From Nitrosopumilus sp. (GTDB lineage Archaea; Thermoproteota; Nitrososphaeria; Nitrososphaerales; Nitrosopumilaceae): a DNA stretch of 64,000 nucleotides. Made by a program: the position numbers and the translations under genes. The stretch covers positions 416,001-480,000 of the forward strand of contig OZ244732.1 of assembly GCA_965219345.1 (NCBI GenBank). The letters run 5' to 3'. Of the stretch, positions 51,830 through 62,386 are shown one piece after another (the first letter of the stretch is position 1; every line of letters begins with the position of its first letter). The notes below the pieces were generated by a model. It was given only the letters and a program-made list of their open reading frames with translations, had not been told where the DNA came from and did not search any database.

Positions 51830-52877
51830 CTATGCCGTGTCCAAGACCGGCAACGGCCTTGTCTGTGAGTGTCCGGACCACGAAACACGAAATTCAGACT
51901 GCAAGCACATCAAGATTGTCCTTGACGTAATGAAAAGAAACGGCTGTTACAGAAACAACACATTCAGAATCATGGAAAGGGCAAACTTCAAACACTGCAA
52001 GTTTTGCAGCTCCGGCAACATTGTCAAGGCCGGACTAAAGAAGAACAAGAACACCACAATGCAACGCTTCAAGTGCCAAGACTGCAAAAAGAGATTCACC
52101 ACAAACTACGGTTTTGAGAAAATGAAGTCAAGGAACTATATCATAACCCAATCCCTACAGATGTATTTCACCGGAATGAGTTTCAGGGATATTGCAGACT
52201 GCCTTGAGCAGGAAGGAATTAACGTATTCCACATGACAGTTTCCAGATGGATTGACAAATACTCCAAACTAGCTGCAAAGTACCTGAATGGAATCGTTCC
52301 CCGTGTCGGCGGCTGGTTCCGTGCAGACGAGGTCTGGGTTAAAATCAACGGAAAGCAATGCTATCTGTTTGCCAGCATGGATGATGATACAAGGTACTGG
52401 CTTGCTTCTGATATTACTGATAACAAGTTCCAGCACAATGCAGACTCACTCCTTGACCTCACCAAGAAGCAGGCTGGCAAGTCGCCACGCAATTTCATCA
52501 CAGACGGGCTTCCTGCATACATGAAATCCAGCAAAAAGGTATTTGGCAAAAAGACCAACCATATCAGACACATACACTTAGCTGGCAAGCGTGACCGTGA
52601 CAATAACAACAAGATGGAGAGGTTGAATGGTGAGATTAGGGATCGTGAGAAGGTGTTCAGGGGATTAAAGAAAATGGATACTGCCATACTGGATGGTATG
52701 AGAGTGTATTACAACTACACGAAAAAGCATGGATCACTCAAGAGCAAAACACCAGCTCAGGCTTCCCTCATTGAAGTTGACGGCAAGAACAAGTGGAAAA
52801 CCATTATACAGAATGCAAGCCTGAACAGGGATTCTAAATAGTTCTTTTCAATCATCAACTGAATTTTTCAACAGAGA
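51830..52877 (+). mobile_element. IS6-family element (SWIM/Zn-ribbon plus DDE transposase, ORF 51837-52841), probably 5'-truncated
   Basis: CECPD...CKH, CKFC...CQDC, RADEVWVK, ITDGLPAY, NNKMERLNGEIRDR. Confidence 0.88.
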
Positions 52878-52951
52878 AGATTGTAGATGATGAAGGCAGT
52901 ACATAATTCCAAAAAGAATGGTCATCCTTCAAAATTTATAGACATTCCGGA

Positions 52952-53137
52952 TTGGGGCCTGCTGAAATCGACATCAAGATGGTTTCCGTAATAACCAAAT
53001 TAAACAAAATAGGATTAAAGACACGCCAGTGTTGCCAAGGTGGTAAATGTACTATTTCAGATGATCCAAACAATGATTATTCAGCATACATAACGTTTGA
53101 TCTTAAAGGACTAACAGTAGACAAAAAAAATGGATGA
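52952..53137 (+). pseudogene. hypothetical gene fragment
   Basis: KLNKIGLKTRQCCQG...AYITF, ending at an A8 run. Confidence 0.4.
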
Positions 53138-53640
53138 TGGGCCAAACGGCACTATTACACTCAGGTGGAATGTTTAGGAAAGCAGATATTACATTTATCC
53201 GCATTTGGCATTGAAGATGCTACTCTACAGTCTGGTGACGATACCTTTTGGTTGCATTCTTGCGGGTTTTTATGAACCATTGGATGCCTACCCCCACAGT
53301 ATATGTAAGACATGCGCAGCATGGTTTTCCAGTAGGCTACAAACCGATCCTTGATCGTATTCCAGAGAATTTCCATATCCCCAAGACGTTACAGAACCTG
53401 TAAAAGGTATTCTTGCTATATTGATAATAGCTCCACTTGTTACAATGTTATCAAAATCATGTTACCCTATGAATGAAAATTGTTCTTGGATTCCTAGTAT
53501 TATTGATTTAGATTTAATTTCTACCAAAATTCTAGAAATTGATATTTCAGTTATGGGAGCTGCTTTGGTAATAATAGGATTAATTTATAATTTAGATTTA
53601 TAATTGTTAGATGAAGACTTGCAAATGTTCTAGAGAGTCA

Positions 53641-53757
53641 TAGAGATTTATAATAGAATCAAAGCTAAGCAAATTTCCACGAATAATCAAACCTTTGTTA
53701 GACAAATCGGGTCTGCACATAAAAAATTTGAAATTTTCTGTAAAAAAATGAATTATA
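53641..53757 (-). repeat. dispersed hairpin element, copy D (within the inverted duplication)
   Basis: Reverse complement of copy A. Confidence 0.8.
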
Positions 53758-53782
53758 ATTGTTTTTGAGTATATACAAAATT

Positions 53783-54664
53783 TTACTTACATAGTCCAAA
53801 TCGCATTGCAATTGGATCATCACATAAATCATCAAAATCATCAGATGTTGTTCTAAAATCAACGGTTTCTAATTTTACATTAGTAAAACAGGCGTATGGA
53901 TCACCTACTATGCTTTGACCACATATACCATCATAAATTCCATATCCTGAAACCCTATCACCACTGAGTAATCGTTCAGGATAACTCAAATATGCAGAAA
54001 ACTGCGTGTTCATTTGTAATGTAGATGTGCTCCACACTTGAACATCATACCCTTGATGCGATTCATTAACAGCAGTTACAGTACCTGAAACATATGCAAC
54101 TTTACCTTTATGCTCATCTTCATATCTAATCAGGTCATCATAAGATCCTTCAAAAAATACAGGATTTTCATAAACAGCTTCATGTAAAAGGTCTGTGTCT
54201 AGTGGAGTTAGGCTAACTGCTACAATAAATAAGAAAAAACTTATGGTAAGAGCCATTATTACAGTAAAAATTTTCTTGTGTTTTATTTGTCCTTTTTTCT
54301 TAGGTTTATCAGCCTTTGAACTATATTCATAATCTTCTTTCTTAGATACATTTGAAAGAGTAGAAGAACCACATTTTGTACAGAAATTGTTATTTGATTC
54401 TAATTTAGTACCACACTTGCCACAAAAAGTTTCTTGTGTTTTAGTCTCATTTTCAACATTATTGTCTGATGATGGAACTTTTGATTCCTCACTTTTTTTA
54501 TCCTTTGACAAAAGGTGATTTTTTATGAGATCATAAACATAATTTCTGTCAGAGGAATACAATTCTTTGTTATTTTCTATAGTCTGTTTGATGTGTTCAA
54601 GTCTGGATGGATCACCTACACCTTTACTAATCAATGCGTTCACATCATCTAAAAGACCAGTCAT
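53783..54664 (-). CDS. zinc-ribbon membrane protein with an OB-like C-terminal domain
   Basis: GVGDPSRLEHI N-terminus, FCGKCG...FCTKCG, one TM segment. Confidence 0.8.
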   Translation of the reverse strand: MTGLLDDVNALISKGVGDPSRLEHIKQTIENNKELYSSDRNYVYDLIKNHLLSKDKKSEESKVPSSDNNVENETKTQETFCGKCGTKLESNNNFCTKCGSSTLSNVSKKEDYEYSSKADKPKKKGQIKHKKIFTVIMALTISFFLFIVAVSLTPLDTDLLHEAVYENPVFFEGSYDDLIRYEDEHKGKVAYVSGTVTAVNESHQGYDVQVWSTSTLQMNTQFSAYLSYPERLLSGDRVSGYGIYDGICGQSIVGDPYACFTNVKLETVDFRTTSDDFDDLCDDPIAMRFGLCK

Positions 54665-54703
54665 GAACAGTTACTAATTTTCTAGTATATGAAAATACAA
54701 ATA

Positions 54704-54886
54704 CTATTTCATTTCCTCTAAAATTTCGGGATCATATTGATTCTTCTGAATAACCTCAATCTGAATACCATCTAGATTCTTTAGTTTATACAGCAACCAA
54801 ACAGAGAAAATCCCCAAAGAAATCCATATTCCGAATGGAATAGCAGCAATTACGCCTAGAATTATGCCCAAAAATACTATTCTCAT
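54704..54886 (-). CDS. small membrane protein
   Basis: 60 aa with a hydrophobic N-terminal half. Confidence 0.5.
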   Translation of the reverse strand: MRIVFLGIILGVIAAIPFGIWISLGIFSVWLLYKLKNLDGIQIEVIQKNQYDPEILEEMK

Positions 54887-54989
54887 AGATTAGTTATTTG
54901 TAAAAATTGTTTAAAAAAGATTACTATGAAATTATATCTTTATTTTTTAAATTAATGTAAATTATTCAAAAAAATCTTTCCATTTTGGA

Positions 54990-55430
54990 TTAAGCTCTTT
55001 CAAGAATCTTTTTGGTTTCTTCCATTACCGCATCCGCCTTTGATTTCTCTACTAAATCCCCAAGAAAATATTGACGAACATTTACACTTGCATCAATTGT
55101 GATACTGTCATCTCTAGAATATTTTGTACTAGGTAAATTATAATAGAATTTAGATTTACATTTGTTACATTGTTTATCTAGGTCGTGAGTTAACTTATTT
55201 TTTGTTATAGATCCATAATGTTTGAATCCTATTAGTTTACCATTACAAATAGGACAAATCTTATTTTGATAATCTATTTTTGGATAATTCCACCTCTTTT
55301 CAGTTTTTCCATCAATTTGTAATTTTATTAGAAAACTATTATTTAGATTTGAAGAAGGATTATTTTCTATTTTAGTAGGTGTAAATCTAATTTTTGGTTT
55401 ATGTTTTCGATTATTTACATAGATAGATAT
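54990..55430 (-). CDS. unlisted ~146-codon ORF with a CPIC...CNKC zinc ribbon and no standard start
   Basis: Stop-free frame in very AT-rich DNA starting 3 bp after the stop of 55434-55724. Confidence 0.45.
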   Translation of the reverse strand: MSIYVNNRKHKPKIRFTPTKIENNPSSNLNNSFLIKLQIDGKTEKRWNYPKIDYQNKICPICNGKLIGFKHYGSITKNKLTHDLDKQCNKCKSKFYYNLPSTKYSRDDSITIDASVNVRQYFLGDLVEKSKADAVMEETKKILERA

Positions 55431-55433
55431 GGA

Positions 55434-55724
55434 TTAATTGTATAGCAATACAGCTTTTTTCTTATCTATTATTTTGTAAAATTTTTCACCTTTGTTTCCA
55501 ATTTTAGAGAGATCAATTATTTCATCATCTAGAAGTTTTTTTGTGATATTTCTTACAGTTTTCTCTGAATATTGACCAGACAACCGTAATTTCATCTCTT
55601 TATCTGAAAACTCCATGTATATTTTACTTGTAAATCCCTGAACAATAATTTCCAAATATTCTTTCATACAATTAGTCTTGTTAGAAATGGCTCGATTTAG
55701 AGTGGTATTTCTGTTTTCCAACAA
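55434..55724 (-). CDS. winged-helix-like hypothetical protein
   Basis: YSEKTVRNITKKLLDDEII...GEKFYKI. Confidence 0.5.
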   Translation of the reverse strand: MLENRNTTLNRAISNKTNCMKEYLEIIVQGFTSKIYMEFSDKEMKLRLSGQYSEKTVRNITKKLLDDEIIDLSKIGNKGEKFYKIIDKKKAVLLYN

Positions 55725-56236
55725 TATGTAGAAATTACTTCTAATATAATATCATGGCACCAAAATCAGACTCTAAAAAAGACATATCTCGCGCTAAATC
55801 GTGACACCAAGATTGACCCAGGTAGATTTGGGAATCGTGGTGATACATGGGATGAAATTTTGTACAGAATTATGACTCATCTTGAATCTTGTGAGGAATA
55901 GAAAAAGGAAATTATGCAGTATGTGACCCCAATTTCTGCATATTCTATTCACAAATCTGCTAAGGAGTGTATTTATCATGAATTAGGGATTTTAATGAAT
56001 TTAAAACACTTGAAGTAGAAAGTTGCTGTTCAAATACTCCGATCTATGAAATTTCCTATAATTATCTTTCAAGAAAATGCGTAAAGATTGAATCATTAAG
56101 CAATGTTGCGATAACTGTTTTCCCACTTTTGGTGGGCCTAAGAATGCTACAATATTTTCATCAGACAGATCTTCTTTTACTCTTGTTAACAGAGGATTTG
56201 TATCGATTCATCATTTACTTCGTTTTCTTTACTCAT

Positions 56237-58363
56237 CTAATTCACCATCTTTATTGGATATGTAGGAATAAACCTACCTTTTACTATATCATAATATTTT
56301 TCAAATTTGCTGATAAAAAATTTTGATGAACGTCTCTTACCAACTTTTGGATAACACATGCCAATACAAATTCTTGTAGCACCTACTCCATCAAAATGAT
56401 GTTCTGAAAATTGTTCTTTTTCATATTCTTTTAACGTTTCAATAGAATTTCTGATTATTTCATCAATTTCTCCAATTGTTTGAAATCCTAATTCTTCTAA
56501 TTCATCTACTAATTCCTGAATCTTTTGATCTGATTGTTTTTGTCTTAAATAGAAACGCCAGTCAATATAGAGTTTAAAACGATGAATGTTTATTTTCAAT
56601 TCTTTGTCAGCAAACTCATTATTTTTTAATAATTTAACGTAGGTTATTCTTCCAGCTGAATACTTGTCAATGATTTCAGTTTTTTCTAACGAATCAATTC
56701 TATTTCGAATCATAGATTCAGTAATATCCCCACCATTCAATAATTCAATTATTTCTTTTATTGACATACCACCACCACGTAACATTCTCTTGATCATTCT
56801 ATCTATGACATTTCTTCTTAGTTTATCTAGAAATGGAGCAACAATTCTTGTCTGTTCTGCAAGATATGATATTTGATCAAAAATAGTAGTAGTGAAATCT
56901 TTTGTGTGATTAATGTGCTCTTGTCTGAGGATTTCATCCCATACCAAGTCCCAATCAAAAGATCCATGTTGCAGTTCATGAGGCGTATTTGGACTGCCTG
57001 TAACCAGCGCTGCCATATCTTGTATATCGCCTTCCCTATTTGCTATTGCTTTGAGTAGAAATACGTGCTCATTTCTTAGCAATGCTACTTTTAATTTTCC
57101 ATAATCTCTGATGTCTGCTTTTTCTTTCATAATGGAAGATAATGTTAGATCTTGCATTATTGTTGCTGTGAATAAATCAACTCTACTTTTCTTTTCATGT
57201 TCAAAAATATCATCTGGTTTTATTCTTCTGTCTTCATCAGAATATTTTGTTTTTAGTCTCCTGTCATATTTCATATTAGTAAGAGTTTGTGCTAAATCAT
57301 CAAAATCACCTTTAGTTTCCACTACAATGTCACAATCTTTTGTACTATCTTTCAATGATTTGATTCGCATGTTTTCACCACCAAACAGATAGATTGTCAT
57401 CGGTTTTTCTAACTCATCACTAATTTCCCTGAATAATAACTTACTAGGCTCTGGTAATGTATATTTTTCAATTGGTATATCATACAATTTTGCTTTAGAT
57501 AGAAATTCATCCCATGGTAAAAATAAATCCGTATTTTTCAATTGTTTTTTACGTATGTAAGCTTCAACGTCAAACCATATTTCTGATATTCCCAACTCTG
57601 ATGATTTTTTCCTTAGCTGTAGAATATCCATTTTATCTTTATGTTTTGCATAAAAGACTATACTCATTAGTAATTCCATTTTATTTTTTGAATAATTTGC
57701 AGAATAAACTGCATGCAATAAAATATCTTGTATTTCTAAATCTTCTTTTTGTTCACAAAAATAATCATGTGTAGGTTGATATTCTATTTCATAGTCTGAA
57801 AATAATGTAAACCCCGTGGTTGCACCTTTTGCAATTTTCCCATTTGGGGTTTTTCTTAATATTGTTGAATTATTATTATTATAAATGATTTCAGTATTTC
57901 CATCTTCATACTTGCTCTCTCTTTCAGTTTTTAATAATTTCGTAAATAAAACTAGTTGTTCTTTTGACTCGTCAATATTTATTATATCATCATCTTTTAG
58001 GATAGCACCTATAGATTGTAAATCTGAGATAGCTCTGTAGGCAGTTGCCTTTGATAATCCTGATTTTTTTATTAATTGATCTACTGTAATATTTTCATCT
58101 ATGTTTGAAAGTATTACCTCGTTTGATTCACGAAGTAATTTTTCAACATCTACATTTTGTGTAATATCTCTGAATAGTGTAGCTTTTGGTGTTTCTTTTA
58201 ATCTGATTACTGTGTTTTCTTTTTCTATGTAATCTTCTTCCCCGAGATTTTTTATTATGTATGCTAATCGTCTATCCTTTATTCCTAACAAGTCTAGTAA
58301 CTCGTTTGTTTCTTTTTGTTCTTTTACCAATGATCTGAGTAGCTTTATTGAAGTGATATCCAT
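56237..58363 (-). CDS. wHTH-nucleotidyltransferase (DUF6036/AbiEii-like)-wHTH fusion protein
   Basis: Two N-terminal HTHs (SGLSKATAYRAISDL), IYLFGG...STKDCDIVV, LLKAIANREGDIQD, C-terminal wHTH. Confidence 0.78.
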   Translation of the reverse strand: MDITSIKLLRSLVKEQKETNELLDLLGIKDRRLAYIIKNLGEEDYIEKENTVIRLKETPKATLFRDITQNVDVEKLLRESNEVILSNIDENITVDQLIKKSGLSKATAYRAISDLQSIGAILKDDDIINIDESKEQLVLFTKLLKTERESKYEDGNTEIIYNNNNSTILRKTPNGKIAKGATTGFTLFSDYEIEYQPTHDYFCEQKEDLEIQDILLHAVYSANYSKNKMELLMSIVFYAKHKDKMDILQLRKKSSELGISEIWFDVEAYIRKKQLKNTDLFLPWDEFLSKAKLYDIPIEKYTLPEPSKLLFREISDELEKPMTIYLFGGENMRIKSLKDSTKDCDIVVETKGDFDDLAQTLTNMKYDRRLKTKYSDEDRRIKPDDIFEHEKKSRVDLFTATIMQDLTLSSIMKEKADIRDYGKLKVALLRNEHVFLLKAIANREGDIQDMAALVTGSPNTPHELQHGSFDWDLVWDEILRQEHINHTKDFTTTIFDQISYLAEQTRIVAPFLDKLRRNVIDRMIKRMLRGGGMSIKEIIELLNGGDITESMIRNRIDSLEKTEIIDKYSAGRITYVKLLKNNEFADKELKINIHRFKLYIDWRFYLRQKQSDQKIQELVDELEELGFQTIGEIDEIIRNSIETLKEYEKEQFSEHHFDGVGATRICIGMCYPKVGKRRSSKFFISKFEKYYDIVKGRFIPTYPIKMVN

Positions 58364-58438
58364 TTAGTATTATTATAATGCTTTTCTTTATATAGTTTTG
58401 CACTAATTTGAGACTAATTATGTATATTTAACATATTT

Positions 58439-58921
58439 TCAAACGGATTTACAAATTTCAATTTTTGGTCTTTCAACCAGAGTTTTATTAATAGATTTCA
58501 AGCCTGAATGATAATTTACCTGAAGAAAATACAACATGGCATTATCTTGTGTAACATCCAGTCCAGTTTCACAACTCTTTTGTGAGGCATATTCATGAAA
58601 ATGTTTCTTTAAATTTTCTACATCTCCATATGTGTACTCACTTGGGGAATTTGGATTATAATCAGTATCAAATGAAAATCTATGATCAATTAGAGATACC
58701 AAGCTTCTTACTGAATGTCCCCCTTTTAGAACAAGTCGTTTTTTATAATATCCGTCCTGTATTTTTTCTAAAGCGTATAACATATCTAAAACGCATAATT
58801 CAGAAAGCAGGAAAGGCCTATTTTCTTGCCCACCAAAATGCCTCTTAAATTCATCCTTCACTAATAATTCCGGTTTTTCAAAATCAATGGATCTTTCATC
58901 GAGATTAAAAAAAATACCCAC
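58439..58921 (-). pseudogene. AbiEii-type nucleotidyltransferase toxin, C-truncated
   Basis: LVLKGGHSVR...HRFSFDTDY...PKIEI, then a stop at 160 aa. Confidence 0.75.
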
Positions 58922-58922
58922 T

Positions 58923-59474
58923 CTAATTCACTAATCCTGCATTTTTATTATATGAAATTCCTTCTCGATATACTATTTTATCATCTTTCATTGGTTGCCC
59001 TATCATGATATTTTTTGGAAATTGTTTAAAATAACCAATCTCTTCTTTTGTTATTTCCCAAAATAGTTCATATGGTTTGTAAGTTCTAATTATCATGTTT
59101 GCAGGTCCAACAGGTCTCCCTAGTTCATAATTTAAAATATAGTATGCTTGTGGCCCATCAATATATGCCGGTACACAGTCAAATAGCAATGAAATCTCAC
59201 TTATTGAATCAGATTCTCTTAGACAAATTCCTAAATATTTTTCAAACCAAATAAACATATCAGTTGCTTCATTTACCATCAGTTCATTATTTCGTTTTAT
59301 GATAAGATCAACTTCTTCTAATTTCTTAATAATATCAAAAGCAGCCCGTTTACTTATTTGAAGATCCTTTACTATGTCATTTAATGTAATGAATTTTTCA
59401 AACACAAGTGCTAAATAAACTAAGTATGAACCTCTATAACCTAAAACTTGTAATTCTTTTTCATTCTTAATCAT
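58923..59474 (-). CDS. wHTH protein, putative AbiEi-like antitoxin
   Basis: TLNDIVKDLQISKRAAFDIIKKLEEVDLI; abuts the AbiEii-like gene. Confidence 0.65.
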   Translation of the reverse strand: MIKNEKELQVLGYRGSYLVYLALVFEKFITLNDIVKDLQISKRAAFDIIKKLEEVDLIIKRNNELMVNEATDMFIWFEKYLGICLRESDSISEISLLFDCVPAYIDGPQAYYILNYELGRPVGPANMIIRTYKPYELFWEITKEEIGYFKQFPKNIMIGQPMKDDKIVYREGISYNKNAGLVN

Positions 59475-59483
59475 TAAGGGAAG

Positions 59484-59810
59484 TTATGCAATCCAAATAT
59501 TGGAGGCTCCTACCTTCTGAGCACCTGAATTAATCAATTCATTTGGAATGGCTGCACCGTCTTTACGTATTCTTTCATGTGCATATTCTTGAAACATTGG
59601 TTCTTTCATCCTATTAATTACTAAAGATGATTCATCCTCTGATTTCACACACATGTCGAGTGGTTCTTTTCTAGGATTCTTTACATAATTACAAGAGCGA
59701 CAAAGTAATTGCAAGTTTGTGAGTGTGTTGTTAGAATTATCATTGTCTCCATGATCAATAATTAGTTGTATTTCGTGAGGAAGTTTTTTACAACATCTAC
59801 AGTAATCTCC
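59484..59810 (-). pseudogene. HNH endonuclease remnant
   Basis: YCRCC...LIIDHGDNDNSNNTLTNLQLLCRSCN in the frame of 59484-59714; no start codon. Confidence 0.7.
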
Positions 59811-59869
59811 TTACCTATCCGACCAACAGTGACAGTATGATCTAAATAGTAGTCCAAACAATTCAAGAT

Positions 59870-60585
59870 ACCCAAAAACACGGTGAGTGACGGTAAGTCT
59901 AAAGCCTTATCTCACAAATCATTCTTTTATTATATACAAAAAAAAATAATCATAACTGGTTAACTTGAGTAGTATTCCATCTAAACCTGTAGGTAGATTT
60001 TGGGCTTGTCTTTTTGCTCCTACAATTCTTGCATTACTCTATACACAAAAGATGAAGAAAACTAGAAAATGGATTGTGATTCAGGTGATTTTCTTAATTA
60101 CTAGTATACCAATTCGCCACAAAACAGAGAATTGCCCAATGTTCCCAATGTGGGATTCGCATATGTATCTGTGAGACGTACAAATCCTGTACCAATTCGC
60201 AGGAAAAAACTTACAGAAGTACTCAAATAAATGGAAGGAATGTCTCCAAGGTGTTAACACTGGGTGTTAACACTGTTAACACTAGGCGTCTACACTTTGA
60301 CTACACTAGGCGTCTACACTTTGACTACACTAGGCGTCTACACTTTGACTACACTAGGCGTCTACACTTTGACTACACTAGGCGTCTACACTTTGACTAC
60401 ACTAGCTATCGTCACTTAGAAACAAATCGGTGTATGCTCTAGATGGAAGTCTATTTTTGACGAATTCGAGACTTGTTTTTAGACTTCCATTTTTTGTTTT
60501 GTATGTAAGTTGTAATTTAATGACATGACCCAAAAACACGGTGAGTGACGGTAAAATCCTAACCTATCTACAAACCATTCTTTTT
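59870..60585 (+). repeat. two ~58-bp direct repeats (59870-59927 and 60528-60585)
   Basis: Identical acccaaaaacacggtgagtgacggtaa, then a diverged tail ending cattctttt. Confidence 0.8.
60281..60405. repeat. perfect tandem repeat, 24 bp x5
   Basis: actaggcgtctacactttgactac at 60281, 60305, 60329, 60353 and 60377. Confidence 0.95.
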
Positions 60586-60605
60586 TATAGTAATCATATC
60601 AAGGC

Positions 60606-61661
60606 ATGTATATGCGACTCCTGTTTCTTGCAGTACTGCTTTCTATTGTTATTATTGGCAGTTTTGGTGTGGCATACGCCGCTGATCAAACGGTATCATA
60701 CGACAACACCGCAATTCCCGACAATCTGCCCGATGTAGTGTACAGGGCAACCCTTACCAGCACCCATGACACGATAGTGATTGAATGGGAAGAACCCGCA
60801 CGCACACCCAACGACTACCGTGTAATGTACACAAAGGCAGGCGAAAAATTTCATAGCTGGAAGGACCTTGACTGGAACGCATTTCCCGTGAATCCATCCC
60901 ATACCATCACGGACCTTGAGGAAGACACGGAATACAAACTAAAGATACGTCCAAGGTACGGCGACAGCTCCGGCCCCTGGACCAATAAGATTATGATTAC
61001 AACAGGCCCGACACCGCCAGAGCCACCACTGACACCGGAAACAGAAACAGAGCCGGAAGCAGAACCAGAAGATCATACAGCAGAATTGACAGAGCTTCAA
61101 AACCAGCTCAATGACGCACTTGCAGAGATTGACAGATTAAATGACCTGGTGCAGGAGTTGCAGGCATTACTGAATTCAGCACCGGAACTGGGACCATCCA
61201 TCAGAACCGACAAACAGGAATATGAAATAGGTGAGACAATACACATTACAGGATTGAAAAAAATATACCCTGAACAAATAACCATCCAAGATGAAATACA
61301 CGACCTGACAAAAACCAATTGGATTATATCAATACAGAAACATCAACAATACAACCACGGATCCGCTATATGGAGCGGTTGTAATTACACAACTTGGACT
61401 GATCCATCCATTAATGACAGTGGTAGCTGTCTTCAAAGTCCAGATAATGGTAATAGCGTTCACCAAAGATCAGAAGTAATAATAAATGACGATGGAACAT
61501 TTGCAGTAGACATACTGATTAAAGAAGGAATAAAACACGATTACTACAGCAAAGGGGAATACGTCCTTAGACAATTTAATGAAGGAAGTTATGGATATTA
61601 TCCAACTGGTGAAAATGTGCGTGATAGATTTGAATCACCCGTATTCTTTGTAAATGAATAA
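60606..61661 (+). CDS. secreted fibronectin type III domain protein with a Pro/Glu linker and coiled coil
   Basis: Signal peptide; IVIEWEEP...YRVMY...TITDLEEDTEYKLKIR...GPW. Confidence 0.82.
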   Translation: MYMRLLFLAVLLSIVIIGSFGVAYAADQTVSYDNTAIPDNLPDVVYRATLTSTHDTIVIEWEEPARTPNDYRVMYTKAGEKFHSWKDLDWNAFPVNPSHTITDLEEDTEYKLKIRPRYGDSSGPWTNKIMITTGPTPPEPPLTPETETEPEAEPEDHTAELTELQNQLNDALAEIDRLNDLVQELQALLNSAPELGPSIRTDKQEYEIGETIHITGLKKIYPEQITIQDEIHDLTKTNWIISIQKHQQYNHGSAIWSGCNYTTWTDPSINDSGSCLQSPDNGNSVHQRSEVIINDDGTFAVDILIKEGIKHDYYSKGEYVLRQFNEGSYGYYPTGENVRDRFESPVFFVNE

Positions 61662-61916
61662 CAAGTGATACCATATACACATTGAGATCTCAATAATCTG
61701 AAATCTTTTGACTTCCTGATGATTTTTGAATTTGGTGCTGCAGTTTCTTATCCTGCATTTTTTTCAAAGTTTCCTGGAGGATCTGTTTCTCTAACCTCAT
61801 CTTTTTGGTACTGGTGACGTTCCAAGAATCATCATAAAAATGATAGTCATAATCAGTGATGTACTCAAAGTACGCAAAGTCCGTTAGTCCGATAAATCCG
61901 ACTGAAAAGGGGGGGG

Positions 61917-62125
61917 CTTATTATCACTGATCAGTTCTTTATATATTCAAAAATCACTTGATGATCAGTTCTTTATATATTCAAAAATCACTTGATGAGA
62001 ATTTATTTTTATAATAAATTTCAAGATGATCAAGATTTACATATCTTTTTTCTCAGAAAATTTCAAAATTTTGTGTGCAGACCCGATTATACTCTTACAG
62101 GTCTGATTGCTCGTGGAAATTTGCT
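61917..62125 (+). repeat. duplicate of ~47016-47360 with two 34-bp units, including hairpin element copy E (62046-62125)
   Basis: Near-identical sequence; the element abuts the stop codon at 62126. Confidence 0.9.
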
Positions 62126-62386
62126 TTAATCCATTATTACTTTTCCATCTTGATCAAATTCTAATTTTGAACTATACCTTGCAAATCCACCTGAGATTAT
62201 TACTAGAATTATTCCTATCCATAATGCTTCTTCAGGCCAATTGTTTCCTAGTCTAAATATGACTAAAACCCACCCAACAAATCCGGTTATTGAAATAATC
62301 ACTCCTAACCATCTATATTTCCATATTGCATAAACCGAAATTATTAATTGAATTATTCCAATAATTAGCAAAACTGGTTGAATCAC
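62126..62386 (-). CDS. small three-TM protein
   Basis: 86 aa, hydrophobic. Confidence 0.6.
   Translation of the reverse strand: MIQPVLLIIGIIQLIISVYAIWKYRWLGVIISITGFVGWVLVIFRLGNNWPEEALWIGIILVIISGGFARYSSKLEFDQDGKVIMD

Noticed and set aside
60251-60442. 63-aa ORF of TRRLHFDY repeats, or a CRISPR
   Set aside because: It is the translation of a 24-bp tandem repeat with no spacers and no sign of being a real gene.
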